Source: a bacterium
GTDB taxonomy: Bacteria; Patescibacteriota; Minisyncoccia; Phycocordibacterales; UBA2100
Assembly: GCA_016789445.1 (NCBI GenBank)
Contig: JAEUQT010000002.1
Coordinates: 227,857 to 291,856 of the forward strand
Length of the DNA stretch: 64,000 bases
Direction: 5' to 3'
Positions 1 to 9,262 of this stretch are shown in pieces (within the stretch, counting starts at the first letter, position 1; each line of letters begins with the position of its first letter). Made by a program: the position numbers and the translations under genes. The notes beneath the pieces were generated by a model. The model was not told the origin of the DNA, did not search any database, and worked only from the letters and a program-made list of their open reading frames with translations.

Positions 1-470
1 GTGATGCAGAGGCAAACTCTGGCGTCATGAACGTTGTTAACTCGACGGAAATCGAAGTCGAAGGCTGCGGCTGCGATGCAGGCGTTTCCTACGACGAAGA
101 CGAGGTTGATGACATCGAAGTTGATAACGAGGTCAAGATCGATCTCGTTAACGGCGGTATCGTCACCAACTTCACGGACGCTTACGCAAAGACCGGCTGG
201 AACCGCGCTGATGGCGTGGTCGGCGGCGATGCAGGTAAGGGCGGCAACGGCGACGAGGGTGGCAATGCAGATGCTGATGCAGATGCAGACGGTCACTACG
301 GCGACGGCGACGCTGACGCATGGGCAACCGGCGGCAACGGCGGTAAGGGTGGTCGCGGCGGCAACGGCGGATACGCTGATGCAGGCGGACTCATCGTGAC
401 GGGCAACGCTACGTCCAACTCGGGCGCAGTGAACCTCATCAACTCGACGCTCCTCCGCGTTCGACGCTAG
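1..470 (+). CDS. 3' part of a Gly/Asp/Ala-rich secreted protein; the 5' end lies outside the window (the frame is open from nt 3)
   Basis: Open frame from the window edge to the TAG at 468-470. Low-complexity GGNGG/DADADA repeats. A hairpin follows the stop. Confidence 0.45.
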   Translation, partial: DAEANSGVMNVVNSTEIEVEGCGCDAGVSYDEDEVDDIEVDNEVKIDLVNGGIVTNFTDAYAKTGWNRADGVVGGDAGKGGNGDEGGNADADADADGHYGDGDADAWATGGNGGKGGRGGNGGYADAGGLIVTGNATSNSGAVNLINSTLLRVRR

Positions 471-486
471 TTTCGAACTGAGAAAC

Positions 487-510
487 GAGGGAGGCAACTC
501 CCTCCTTCTC
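487..510 (+). terminator. hairpin gagggagg-caa-ctccctcc followed by ttctc
   Basis: Perfect 8-bp GC-rich stem immediately 3' of the upstream CDS. The U-tract is weak. Confidence 0.35.
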
Positions 511-579
511 ATGAGAATCGAAGTACCGCTTGGATTCTCATAGGAAGCATTACGAAATCGGGGATTAAACAGACTACCT

Positions 580-3507
580 ATGAACTTCACTAACACCATC
601 GGGATGAAGCTTGCGAGCCTCATCACCATGTTCGTCCTCGTCGTGGGAACGCCGGCGACTTCGTTTTTCGTCTACGCAGAAGACGGCGGCGCTGCAACTT
701 CTTCTGGAGGAGATGGAGGTAGCGGAGGTTCGGGTGGCAGCGGTACAAGCGGCGGTGACGCGGGTAGCGGCGCATCGGGTGGCGCTGCGAGTTCATCGTC
801 GAGCGGGGACTCTTCCTCGTCGGGTGGCGATGGTGGCGCAGGCGGTACGGGTGGCGGCGCTACTGATGGTGGCGCAGCAGGTGCAGGTGGCAGCGGTGCA
901 ACCGGCGGCGATGCCGGCTCTACGTCTGATACCGGATCAGCGGATTCCTCAGGTGGTGACGGCGGCGCGGGTGGCGCTGGCGGCGGTGCGACGGATGCAG
1001 GGACCGGTGGCACCGGTGGTACTGGCGCTGATGGCGGCACTGCTAATTCAGAGACTGATTCCGGCGATGCGACGGCAAATGGTGGTGCTGGCGGTGATGG
1101 CGGCACGGGCGGCACGGCAGATGGTGGCGGAAACGATGGTGGAGCCGGCGGTGATGCAGGTGCAGGCGGCGCAGCAGATGCTGAAGGTTCTTCCGCAGAC
1201 GCAGGCGGCGGCGATGGTGGTTCCGGTGGTGATGGTGGGGGCGGGGGTAGCACCATCCATGGACCACTTGACGGCGGCTCGACAGAGATCGACACCGGTA
1301 ATGCTTCTTCTGAATCCATTGCAAACACTGGCGGCAATTCGACGAGCGTGAACACGGCATCGTCTACCGGAACCACCGATGTCGAACTCGACGATCTCTT
1401 TGTCGCGTCTTCGACGGCTTCCTCTACGGCTACGACGGGTGAAGTGAAGGCGGAAGATCCGGACGGCATCTTGGCACGGCTTGGCAATGCAAGCGCACTT
1501 GCGATCCTCATCAACATCTTCAACATCGCGATCAAGGATTCGGTCGGCTCCATCCTTTTCCTTAAGAATCCGGTCGGCAGCGCGCTCGACTTCACCTCGC
1601 AGTTCACGAACATCTTCGGCTCGCTCGCGGGAGTCAACGGTGACTGCTCGTTCATGGGCTGCTCGTCTGAAGAAGCGAGCTTCCGCTTCCTCGGAGACAG
1701 TATCTCCGAGGTCAATAACGAAGCGATCTCCCGTGCAAAATCCGGCGGCTTCGAAGGTTCTTCCGAAGGCGGCACGATCGATGTGAAGACGGGGAACGGT
1801 GATGCGATGTCCGTCATCTGGAACCTCGGTCACCTTACGCTCGCGAACTCTCGTTATCTCGTCATCCTCATGGCGAACCAAGGTGATCTCGATGGCGATG
1901 TGATCCTCCCAGACGGCGAATTCTTCAAGAAGCTCTCTTCGGTGGCGAAGATCAGCGCAGGTTCTACCTACATCGCATCAAGCACGGTCGGCGTTGATAA
2001 CCTTGCAGACAGTAACGCATCATCGGGCAGCAACAGCGCGATCGGTGATGAGACCTCGATCGATACCGGTAACGCGAATGCGCACTCGTCGGCAGGTACG
2101 ATGGCAAACATGGTTGGCGCACCGATGTGCTTCATCATCAACATCGGCGGAAAGTGGAACGGCTCGGTGAAGCGATTGCCGGATACCTTCACGCATGAGC
2201 GAACCTCCTTCGGTGAGATCATCTGTGGCACGGGCGGCGGTGAAGACCGTGCAAACGGTGAACGCATGGAGATCGAGCGCACCAACTATGCCAAGATCGT
2301 GAACAAGGCGATTTCTGAAGCGATCACCGGTGATGTGCATGGCGAGGCGCTCCGTGTGGCACTTGAGACGGGCGATGCGAGCGCATTCAGCCACATCATG
2401 AACCTCATCTCGAGCGACATCATCGGTCAGGACTGGATCTTCGCGAACTTCGCGATCTCCGGTGACTGGGACGGTGACCTCCAGTTCGGACCGGAGCCAG
2501 GAGAGACCGACATCCTCACCGAGATCAATAACCAGATCTCTTCGGGCCGATCCAGCAATTGGAACACCCCTAAGTACTACGGTCCGAATATCAAGGTGAC
2601 GAAAACCGCGAGCGTGGTTGCAGTAGCATCCCCGGCGCAGGTCGAATACCAGATCGTCGTCGACAACCGCGGTTCCGAAGCACACCAGGTGGTGGTGAAC
2701 GACACCATGACGGGTCCGGACGGTGCGGTCATCGGTAAGCAGATGTGGAATCTCGGTACGGTCGCGGAAAAGGAGAAGGTGACCATCAAGTACACCATCG
2801 ACTTCAAGGATGATGCAGCAGCGGGCTACTACACGAATAGCGTGGTGGTCTCCGGTCAGGGTGATATCGCACAAGGTGCGGGCACGCTCACGGCTAAGGA
2901 CGTCATCGAGATCCTTCCGGCAGGCGAACAGCCAGCAGGTCAGTGTGAGCCGCTTCTCACCGAGTACATCCGCCCGTACCGCGCGAATACGCCGGCACAG
3001 GTGAAGGTGCTCCAGGGCTTCCTCAACGAAAGCGAAGGTGAGAATCTCACACTGAGCGGTGTCTATGACGGCAAGACGCAGGCTGCAGTGAAGCGCTTCC
3101 AGCTCAAGCACGCAGATGAGATCCTCACGCCATGGGGAATCACAAGCGCGACCGGTAACGTCTACTACACGACGCAGAAGGCGGTGAACTCGATCAACTG
3201 TAAGGATGACAGCAAGTTCCAGCTCACTGCCGCACAGCAGAATGAGATCAAGTCCTTCAAGACGAAGCTCTTCTCGGCTCCGAAGACGAACATCGGCGAC
3301 CTCCTCAAGATGTACGATGTGGGCCAGAGCAAGGGCGCTCCGACGGCAAAGGGCTTCTTCCTCCTGCCGCCGGCTGCTATCCCGAGCATCTTCGCACCGG
3401 TCTCGAATGAGAATGCAAAGCCGGTCTCGATGATGAGTCTCCCGACCTCGCTCTTCAAGAACTGGCTCCTCTCCGCAGTCCCGCTCGTCGAAGCAGCAGA
3501 ACGTTAA
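580..3507 (+). CDS. Large secreted surface protein: N-terminal signal/TM, a ~250-aa Gly/Ser/Ala/Asp low-complexity region, a DUF11-like beta-domain and a C-terminal PG_binding_1-like peptidoglycan-binding domain
   Basis: 975-aa ORF. Hydrophobic N-terminus LASLITMFVLVVG. Motif VTKTASVVAVASPAQVEYQIVVDNRG...YTNSVVVSG (DUF11-like). Motif VKVLQGFLNESEG..LTLSGVYDGKTQAAVKRFQ (PG-binding). Confidence 0.7.
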   Translation: MNFTNTIGMKLASLITMFVLVVGTPATSFFVYAEDGGAATSSGGDGGSGGSGGSGTSGGDAGSGASGGAASSSSSGDSSSSGGDGGAGGTGGGATDGGAAGAGGSGATGGDAGSTSDTGSADSSGGDGGAGGAGGGATDAGTGGTGGTGADGGTANSETDSGDATANGGAGGDGGTGGTADGGGNDGGAGGDAGAGGAADAEGSSADAGGGDGGSGGDGGGGGSTIHGPLDGGSTEIDTGNASSESIANTGGNSTSVNTASSTGTTDVELDDLFVASSTASSTATTGEVKAEDPDGILARLGNASALAILINIFNIAIKDSVGSILFLKNPVGSALDFTSQFTNIFGSLAGVNGDCSFMGCSSEEASFRFLGDSISEVNNEAISRAKSGGFEGSSEGGTIDVKTGNGDAMSVIWNLGHLTLANSRYLVILMANQGDLDGDVILPDGEFFKKLSSVAKISAGSTYIASSTVGVDNLADSNASSGSNSAIGDETSIDTGNANAHSSAGTMANMVGAPMCFIINIGGKWNGSVKRLPDTFTHERTSFGEIICGTGGGEDRANGERMEIERTNYAKIVNKAISEAITGDVHGEALRVALETGDASAFSHIMNLISSDIIGQDWIFANFAISGDWDGDLQFGPEPGETDILTEINNQISSGRSSNWNTPKYYGPNIKVTKTASVVAVASPAQVEYQIVVDNRGSEAHQVVVNDTMTGPDGAVIGKQMWNLGTVAEKEKVTIKYTIDFKDDAAAGYYTNSVVVSGQGDIAQGAGTLTAKDVIEILPAGEQPAGQCEPLLTEYIRPYRANTPAQVKVLQGFLNESEGENLTLSGVYDGKTQAAVKRFQLKHADEILTPWGITSATGNVYYTTQKAVNSINCKDDSKFQLTAAQQNEIKSFKTKLFSAPKTNIGDLLKMYDVGQSKGAPTAKGFFLLPPAAIPSIFAPVSNENAKPVSMMSLPTSLFKNWLLSAVPLVEAAER

Positions 3508-3537
3508 GTAGCGCGGCAGAAAGCCGCTGGAAAAGGT

Positions 3538-4080
3538 ATGAAAAAGTTCTTAAGTTCAGTATCACTAGCAAGTCTCTTTCTTCCCGGCGTTATTGCTGCT
3601 GAAAGTATCGAATCCTACGTGAACCGCATGATCGATAGCGCGAAAGAAGGGAATGGTACGGTCATTATCGAGAATCATTCTTCGGTCTCAACCGGCGGTC
3701 AGGTCGCGGGTGCAGGGCAGACGGTAACGACGGGTGATGTGAGCGCGTCATCGCATACCGAGACCCGCATCAATGCCGGAGAAAACGGCGGGACGGTCTA
3801 CGTGAAGACCGAGACGAAGCGTAATGGCGAAGTCGAGAAGAGCGAAGAGTACACGAAGAAGGTGGAACCGAATCAGCCGGTCAAGGTGAATGTCTCAGCA
3901 AAGGCCGATGCCGAAGGCTCTGAAGTGGAGACTGAAATCCAAGGGGAAGTGATGGATGAGCATTCAGTCTCTTCGGAAGACGAAGAAGCATCAGTGACTG
4001 CCATTGCACGCTTCGAGGCCGCGCTCGCTTCCGTGCCGACGTTCTTCAAGAAGGTATTCAGCTTCGTGAAGTTCTGGTAA
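3538..4080 (+). CDS. Secreted hypothetical protein (signal peptide, acidic C-terminus)
   Basis: MKKFLSSVSLASLFLPGVIAAES signal-like N-terminus. No recognisable domain. Confidence 0.5.
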   Translation: MKKFLSSVSLASLFLPGVIAAESIESYVNRMIDSAKEGNGTVIIENHSSVSTGGQVAGAGQTVTTGDVSASSHTETRINAGENGGTVYVKTETKRNGEVEKSEEYTKKVEPNQPVKVNVSAKADAEGSEVETEIQGEVMDEHSVSSEDEEASVTAIARFEAALASVPTFFKKVFSFVKFW

Positions 4081-4104
4081 CGGATTTTCTGGCATAATAC
4101 GTGC

Positions 4105-5076
4105 ATGCGACGCCGTAAGGCATCTACGAAGCGCGATGCAAGCTCGTTCTCGCCGCGTTTCCTTAAGAACAGCACCTATATCGCGACGACCGCGCTCGTC
4201 GTCTGTCTCTTCGTCGCGGCAGGAGCGGTGGACCGTATCGTCAAAGAGCTCGGGTCTCCGTATGTCGCGGCAGTCATTTCCGCGGTACTGGTTGATCTGG
4301 CAAATGACGATCGCTCCGAGCTCGCACTGCCGGAACTCACGACGAACCCGCTTCTCACTGCCGCTGCACAGGCAAAGGCGGATGACATGGCCGCAAAGGG
4401 CTATTTCTCGCATTCCACGCCCGAAGGCTACGATTCGTGGCACTGGTTCAAACAAGTGGGGTATGACTATCGTTTCGCGGGGGAGAATCTCGCCGTGAAC
4501 TTCTCGGATTCAGCTGATGTGGAGGCGGCATGGATGGCTTCTCCCACGCACCGTGACAACATCATCAGTCCGCGCTACACGGAAATCGGTATCGCGACGG
4601 CTGTCGGTATGTATCAGGGCAGGGAAACGGTATTCGTCGTGCAGATGTTCGGTATGCCGAAGGGTGCCGCGGCGGCGACTCCATCAGTGACGCCTGCGGA
4701 GATTGCTGCTGTACCTGTAGAAGTTCCTGACGTCCTTGGCGAAACCACCGTCGTTGCGCCGTACGAAGATGAGCCTGTCGGTGCGCTCGCTGAGCAGGAC
4801 GGCGACGCATCGGTGATCGTCGCCCAAGATGAGATCCCGTTCTGGGCGTATCTCGTTGCGCAGCCGAAGCGGACGCTGCAGTACGCGTACTACATCATCG
4901 GACTTCTCATCCTCTTTGCGCTCTTCTTCGATGTGGAATGGGAGATCAAGCACCACCACATGAAGCACGCTATGAAAGCCGGCGCCGTCTTGGGGACGAT
5001 GTCCATGCTGTTCGTTGTGGCTGATTGGGTCTTCTTCGCGGAGCCGGTTTTGGCGGTCTTAGGCAGTTTCTTGTAG
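4105..5076 (+). CDS. CAP/SCP (YkwD-like) domain protein, membrane-anchored
   Basis: GYFSHSTPEGY...GENLAVNF...WMASPTHRDNII...YTEIGIA is typical of the bacterial CAP family. It has N- and C-terminal hydrophobic segments. Confidence 0.6.
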   Translation: MRRRKASTKRDASSFSPRFLKNSTYIATTALVVCLFVAAGAVDRIVKELGSPYVAAVISAVLVDLANDDRSELALPELTTNPLLTAAAQAKADDMAAKGYFSHSTPEGYDSWHWFKQVGYDYRFAGENLAVNFSDSADVEAAWMASPTHRDNIISPRYTEIGIATAVGMYQGRETVFVVQMFGMPKGAAAATPSVTPAEIAAVPVEVPDVLGETTVVAPYEDEPVGALAEQDGDASVIVAQDEIPFWAYLVAQPKRTLQYAYYIIGLLILFALFFDVEWEIKHHHMKHAMKAGAVLGTMSMLFVVADWVFFAEPVLAVLGSFL

Positions 5077-5126
5077 ATATCCACTGGCGTTTCTTTGCCT
5101 TCATGAAGTAGGAGTACAATCCGCTC

Positions 5127-6080
5127 ATGCAGGTGGGTATCGCTCACGCTGTCGGGGGACTCCTTTTCATACTCCTTATCGCAGGCGGCGCCTTCAGTGT
5201 GGGCTCGAAGTGGTCCCATGAGGAGTCGCATACCGCGAGTGCAGCATCCACACAGGAAGAAGAGGGGGCGGTTGCTTCAAGTACGGAAGAAGACAGCAGC
5301 GAAACTGCCGCACAACGCGAACTCTACGACGTCGTGAAGGTTATCGACGGCGACACGATCACGATCAAGCTTGGAGAGAAGAACGAAACGATACGCCTCA
5401 TCGGATTGGATACGCCGGAGACGAATGATCCGCGCACCGGTGTGCAGTGCTTCGGCAAAGAGGCGACGGCGAAATTGAAATCCGTCATCGGCAAACGTGT
5501 TGCGATCGAGAAAGACGCAGGGGAAGGCGAGCGTGATAAGTATGATCGTCTCCTGGCGTATGTGTATTCAGAAGAAGGACTTCTTGTGAATAAATACCTC
5601 ATCGAGCAAGGCTATGCCTACGAATACACCTACGACGACCCGTATAAATACCAGAAGGAATTCAAGGCGGCTCAAGTAGATGCCAAGGCGAAACAGCGAG
5701 GTCTCTGGGCGCCCAATGCGTGTCCTGAGCCCAAGAAAGCTGCTCCAGCGACCAAAGCGTCCGTACAGACCGCTGCAGCTGCGGTGGTGGTTCCTGAGGT
5801 GAAGCCCGAGCCAGAGAACAAGGTCGAGGAAAAGAAGCCAGAACCGGAGCCTGAGAAACCAAAAGAAGAGCCAAAGCAAAAGGAGCCTGAACCAGAACCT
5901 GAAGATGAGGAGGAACAACCCTCAGGCTCGTACACCTGCTCGAGCAATAAATATAACTGCACGCATTTCAAGACGCAGGCAGAGGCGCAGGAGGTTTTCG
6001 ATCAGTGCGGTGGTGCGGACAACGACGTCCACAAGCTCGACAACAATAAAGATGGGGAAGCGTGCGAGAGCCTACCGTAA
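5127..6080 (+). CDS. Secreted thermonuclease (SNase-like) with a PE/K-rich linker and a C-terminal Excalibur Ca-binding domain
   Basis: VIDGDTI...RLIGLDTPET...YDRLLAYV is SNase-like. The terminal DNNKDGEACE matches the Excalibur DxDxDGxxCE motif. Confidence 0.7.
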   Translation: MQVGIAHAVGGLLFILLIAGGAFSVGSKWSHEESHTASAASTQEEEGAVASSTEEDSSETAAQRELYDVVKVIDGDTITIKLGEKNETIRLIGLDTPETNDPRTGVQCFGKEATAKLKSVIGKRVAIEKDAGEGERDKYDRLLAYVYSEEGLLVNKYLIEQGYAYEYTYDDPYKYQKEFKAAQVDAKAKQRGLWAPNACPEPKKAAPATKASVQTAAAAVVVPEVKPEPENKVEEKKPEPEPEKPKEEPKQKEPEPEPEDEEEQPSGSYTCSSNKYNCTHFKTQAEAQEVFDQCGGADNDVHKLDNNKDGEACESLP

Positions 6081-7430
6081 AAGCTTGTCGATAAGCTTCT
6101 CGGTTTCCTCCGGACCGCTGGTCGCGTAGGTCTGGATTCCGGTCGGGATGACGGTGGCGTCATTGCCGCCTTCGTAGAATGCGTCGCCGATGAAGAGCAT
6201 CTCCGATGCCGGTATCTTAAGCTCATTGGAGAGCCATTCGACGCCGTATGCCTTGCTGATGCCTTTGCGCACCATATCGATGGTCGTGCGTCCCGCGATG
6301 AGTACGTCATACGCGGGTGCTTTTTCGCGAAGGAGCTGGGCGAGTCGCGGTCGCTTCGTGAAATCGGGATCCCACGCGGTCTTTTCTTCCTTGGTTGCAT
6401 CATGTCGGAAGGCTGCAAAGGAGACGGAGGTTCCACGATCGATGACGCGGAAATCAGCTTCACCATCGAAAAGGTCGAGCTCGTTGGCGGCTTCGGTGAT
6501 CGTGTTCCTCAGGAATTCACGCTCGTTTTCTTCAAGGGGTATCCCATATTTCTGCTCCCAGCGACCATGTATCCATTCGTCGGCGCGTGAGCCGTTGTCC
6601 GAAAAGACGTAGAAAGGGATACGGAGGTGCTCAGGCATGTGATTCATCACATCGCGCTCGAGCCTGCCGAACGTAGCTCCCGACATGATGGCAACCGGCA
6701 TCGTATCGGCCAAACGGTAGAGCTTTTCCATGACGCGCACTTCCGGCTTCTGGAAGCTCTCGGCGAGCGTATCGTCGAGATCGAAGATGATCGCTTTCGG
6801 TTGCATCGCAGGAAGTGTAGGCGATTTCTGAGCGCCGACTTTGCGCATCTTCCAGACATGGTGGGCGAGCGGAAGCATGGTGATTGCGATGATCGCGAGA
6901 ACGATGTATTCCAGCGAGTGCTCGATATCGGGAATCGCTTCTCCGAGGAAGTATCCCGCAAGCGTAAAGCCGCCTCCCCAGAGCAGTGCACCGAGCACGT
7001 TGTAGAAGAGGAAGGTGGAATAGTTCATGCTTCCTACTCCCGCAAGGATCGGGGCGAACGTACGGACGATAGGAACGAATCGCGCCAGAAGGATGGTCTT
7101 CGCTCCGTGCTCCTCGAAGAATGCTTTGGTCTGGAGGAGGTGTTCCTGCTTCAAGAAGCGCGAATTCTTGCGGCGATAGAGTGCCGGACCGACCCATGCG
7201 CCGAACCAGTAGCCGATGGTGTCTCCCAGTGTCGCGGCAACGATGACCGTCGCAAGTAGTATCCAGATGCTCAGTATCCCTTGCGACGCGAGGAGTCCCG
7301 CGGTGAAGAGCATCGAGCCTCCCGGGAGATAGATCGCGAAGAAGAGGCCTGATTCAGCCAGAATGATGGCGAAAATGCCCGGATAGCTGATGACCTGGAT
7401 GGCTTCGACGAGATCGATTCCGAAAAACAT
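6072..7430 (-). CDS. Fusion protein: N-terminal DedA/SNARE-associated membrane domain plus a C-terminal HAD-IIB phosphatase domain
   Basis: DedA-like 4-5 TM N-half (LLARFVPIVRTFAPILAGV). C-half begins IIFDLDDTL and ends GDAFYEGGNDATV (HAD motifs I and IV). It is a paralogue of the standalone HAD at 14986-15711. Confidence 0.65.
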   Translation of the reverse strand: MFFGIDLVEAIQVISYPGIFAIILAESGLFFAIYLPGGSMLFTAGLLASQGILSIWILLATVIVAATLGDTIGYWFGAWVGPALYRRKNSRFLKQEHLLQTKAFFEEHGAKTILLARFVPIVRTFAPILAGVGSMNYSTFLFYNVLGALLWGGGFTLAGYFLGEAIPDIEHSLEYIVLAIIAITMLPLAHHVWKMRKVGAQKSPTLPAMQPKAIIFDLDDTLAESFQKPEVRVMEKLYRLADTMPVAIMSGATFGRLERDVMNHMPEHLRIPFYVFSDNGSRADEWIHGRWEQKYGIPLEENEREFLRNTITEAANELDLFDGEADFRVIDRGTSVSFAAFRHDATKEEKTAWDPDFTKRPRLAQLLREKAPAYDVLIAGRTTIDMVRKGISKAYGVEWLSNELKIPASEMLFIGDAFYEGGNDATVIPTGIQTYATSGPEETEKLIDKLLR

Positions 7431-7478
7431 GACGCTTCAGTATGACTGATTTTTGGCTGATTTCCAAGCTTTTTCAGC

Positions 7479-8795
7479 CTATACGAACTTATTCGGGATC
7501 GGGAACTTCTTGCAGAGCTTCTCGACTTCCTTCTTGATGGCCGCGAGCTTCTTCTTGTCAGAACGGTTCTCCAGGGCATCGATCATCCACTCAGCGACCT
7601 GGGTGCATTCCTTTTCCTTGAGGCCGCGGGTGGTGATGGCAGGGGTGCCGAAACGGATGCCGCTCGGGTCGAGTGGTCCGCGCGTATCATCGGCGATGGA
7701 ATTCTTATTAAGCGTGATACCGACGAGGTCGAGAACGTGTTCCGCCTCCTTTCCGGTAACGCCGAGGCTGCCAGAGACGTCCGCGAGCAGAAGGTGATTC
7801 GAGGTGCCTCCGGTGATAAGGCGTACACCGCGCTTCTTGAAGACGGCCTCCATCGCTTTCGCGTTCTTCAATACCTGCTTTGCGTAGGATTTGAACTTCG
7901 GCGAGAGCGCTTCTCCGAAAGCAACGGCTTTCGCGGCGACGGCATGCATGTGCGGACCGCCTTGGAGACCCGGGAAGACGGATTTATCGATCTTCTTGGC
8001 GAGTTCTTCATTATCGCGCACGAGGATGAGGCCACCACGCGGACCGCGGAGGGTCTTGTGGGTCGTGGAGGTCATGATGTCGAAGCCGTAATCGAACGGA
8101 TTCTTCGCCGCCTTCCCGGCGATAAGGCCAGCGATGTGCGCGATATCCATGACGGCAAGCGCACCGACTTCGCGGGCGATCTCGACGAACTTCGCGTAGT
8201 CAAGCTCGCGTGGATACGCTGAGAAGCCGGCAAGGATGATCTTCGGCTTTTCCTTCTGCGCGACGTTACGCATCTCGACGAAATCGATAGCGCCGCTCGC
8301 GGGATCTGCCATCTTGTAGCGGACGAAACGGAATATCTTCGTGAGGTAGGTCACCGGGTGTCCATGCGTGAGATGTCCGCCGTGGGAGAGATCCATGCCC
8401 ATGATCGTGTCACCCGGCTCCAAGAGGGCGAAATACATCGCGATATTCGCATTCGCGCCGCCGAGCGTCTGCACGTTGGCGTACTTTGCTTTGAAGAGCT
8501 TCTTTGCACGCTCGATGGCAAGCTTCTCCACCGCATCGGTGAATTCCTGACCACCGTAATAACGGCGTCCCGGATAGCCCTCGGAGTATTTGTTGGTAAG
8601 GATGGAGCTGTTTGCCTCACGGACCGCCTTCGAGACGTAATTTTCAGACGGGATGAGTTCGAGTCCGATTGATTGGCGCTTTTCTTCGCCCTGAAGGGCG
8701 TTATAGACCTGCTTGTCTTGCTTCTTGATGAATGGGTAGAGTTCCACCCCGTTAGAGGCAGGTCGCGGTCCGTTCTTTGTGGTTCGTGATGTCAT
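7479..8795 (-). CDS. glyA: Serine hydroxymethyltransferase
   Basis: LELIPSENYVS, TNKYSEGYPGRRYYGG, PLP-Lys motif TSTTHKTLRGPRGG. Confidence 0.95.
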   Translation of the reverse strand: MTSRTTKNGPRPASNGVELYPFIKKQDKQVYNALQGEEKRQSIGLELIPSENYVSKAVREANSSILTNKYSEGYPGRRYYGGQEFTDAVEKLAIERAKKLFKAKYANVQTLGGANANIAMYFALLEPGDTIMGMDLSHGGHLTHGHPVTYLTKIFRFVRYKMADPASGAIDFVEMRNVAQKEKPKIILAGFSAYPRELDYAKFVEIAREVGALAVMDIAHIAGLIAGKAAKNPFDYGFDIMTSTTHKTLRGPRGGLILVRDNEELAKKIDKSVFPGLQGGPHMHAVAAKAVAFGEALSPKFKSYAKQVLKNAKAMEAVFKKRGVRLITGGTSNHLLLADVSGSLGVTGKEAEHVLDLVGITLNKNSIADDTRGPLDPSGIRFGTPAITTRGLKEKECTQVAEWMIDALENRSDKKKLAAIKKEVEKLCKKFPIPNKFV

Positions 8796-8919
8796 AGCTT
8801 ACTTTGTTCCGTAGGGGCGAGCGGTTACTTTGAAAGGAGCGACCGCGGCCTCTAACGGAGTTCCATACGATGAATCGTTAAGGGAATAAAGACGTATGGA
8901 AGGTAGCTAGATCATAGTG

Positions 8920-9255
8920 TCATCGGTTGTCGCCGCTTCCTTTAATCATATCGCGTGCGTAGCGGTCTTCCAATTTTTTGATATTGGCCTTTGCTGCCTC
9001 TGAAAAGGGGAATCCCAAAGCGCTTGAAAGCTGTGAGAGGTACCACAGCACATCGCCGATTTCCTTCTTTACTGCCTCCCGGCGCTCTTCGGTGACTTTG
9101 CCATCGTCGTCCCTGATGATCTTCTTGAGCTTCTCGACGAGCTCCCCGGATTCTCCCGCGACCCCGAGTCCGAGGTCATAGAGGCGATAGAGACGCTGCG
9201 AATCATTGAAGATCGCGGTGCGGCTGGCCAGTCTCTCGTATTCATCGAAATCCAT
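8920..9255 (-). CDS. MazG-like all-alpha nucleoside triphosphate pyrophosphohydrolase (small single domain)
   Basis: GESGELVEKL...EIGDVLWYLSQLSSALG matches the MazG NTP-PPase core. It sits in a nucleotide-metabolism context. Confidence 0.55.
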   Translation of the reverse strand: MDFDEYERLASRTAIFNDSQRLYRLYDLGLGVAGESGELVEKLKKIIRDDDGKVTEERREAVKKEIGDVLWYLSQLSSALGFPFSEAAKANIKKLEDRYARDMIKGSGDNR

Positions 9256-9262
9256 AGCGCAA

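Noticed and set aside
200-1260. Short GGN-codon periodic repeats, considered as a CRISPR-like or tandem-repeat array
   Set aside because: The repeats are imperfect codon-level iterations inside open reading frames (Gly-rich proteins). They have no fixed repeat/spacer periodicity, and no cas genes are present.
672-1817. 381-aa minus-strand ORF rich in PPAPP/SPP repeats overlapping the large secreted-protein gene. Similar shadow ORFs occur at 611-1351, 1048-1881, 16199-16843 and 29769-30455.
   Set aside because: These are complementary or out-of-frame readings of GC-rich low-complexity (Gly/Ala/Ser) codon repeats. They have no start context or domain. The sense-strand gene has a signal peptide and real domains.
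8796-8919. Possible ZTP or THF riboswitch in the glyA leader
   Set aside because: Only vague GC-rich self-complementarity. The hallmark ZTP 3' pseudoknot sequence (CCGCCUGGGCA-like) and THF motifs are not visible.
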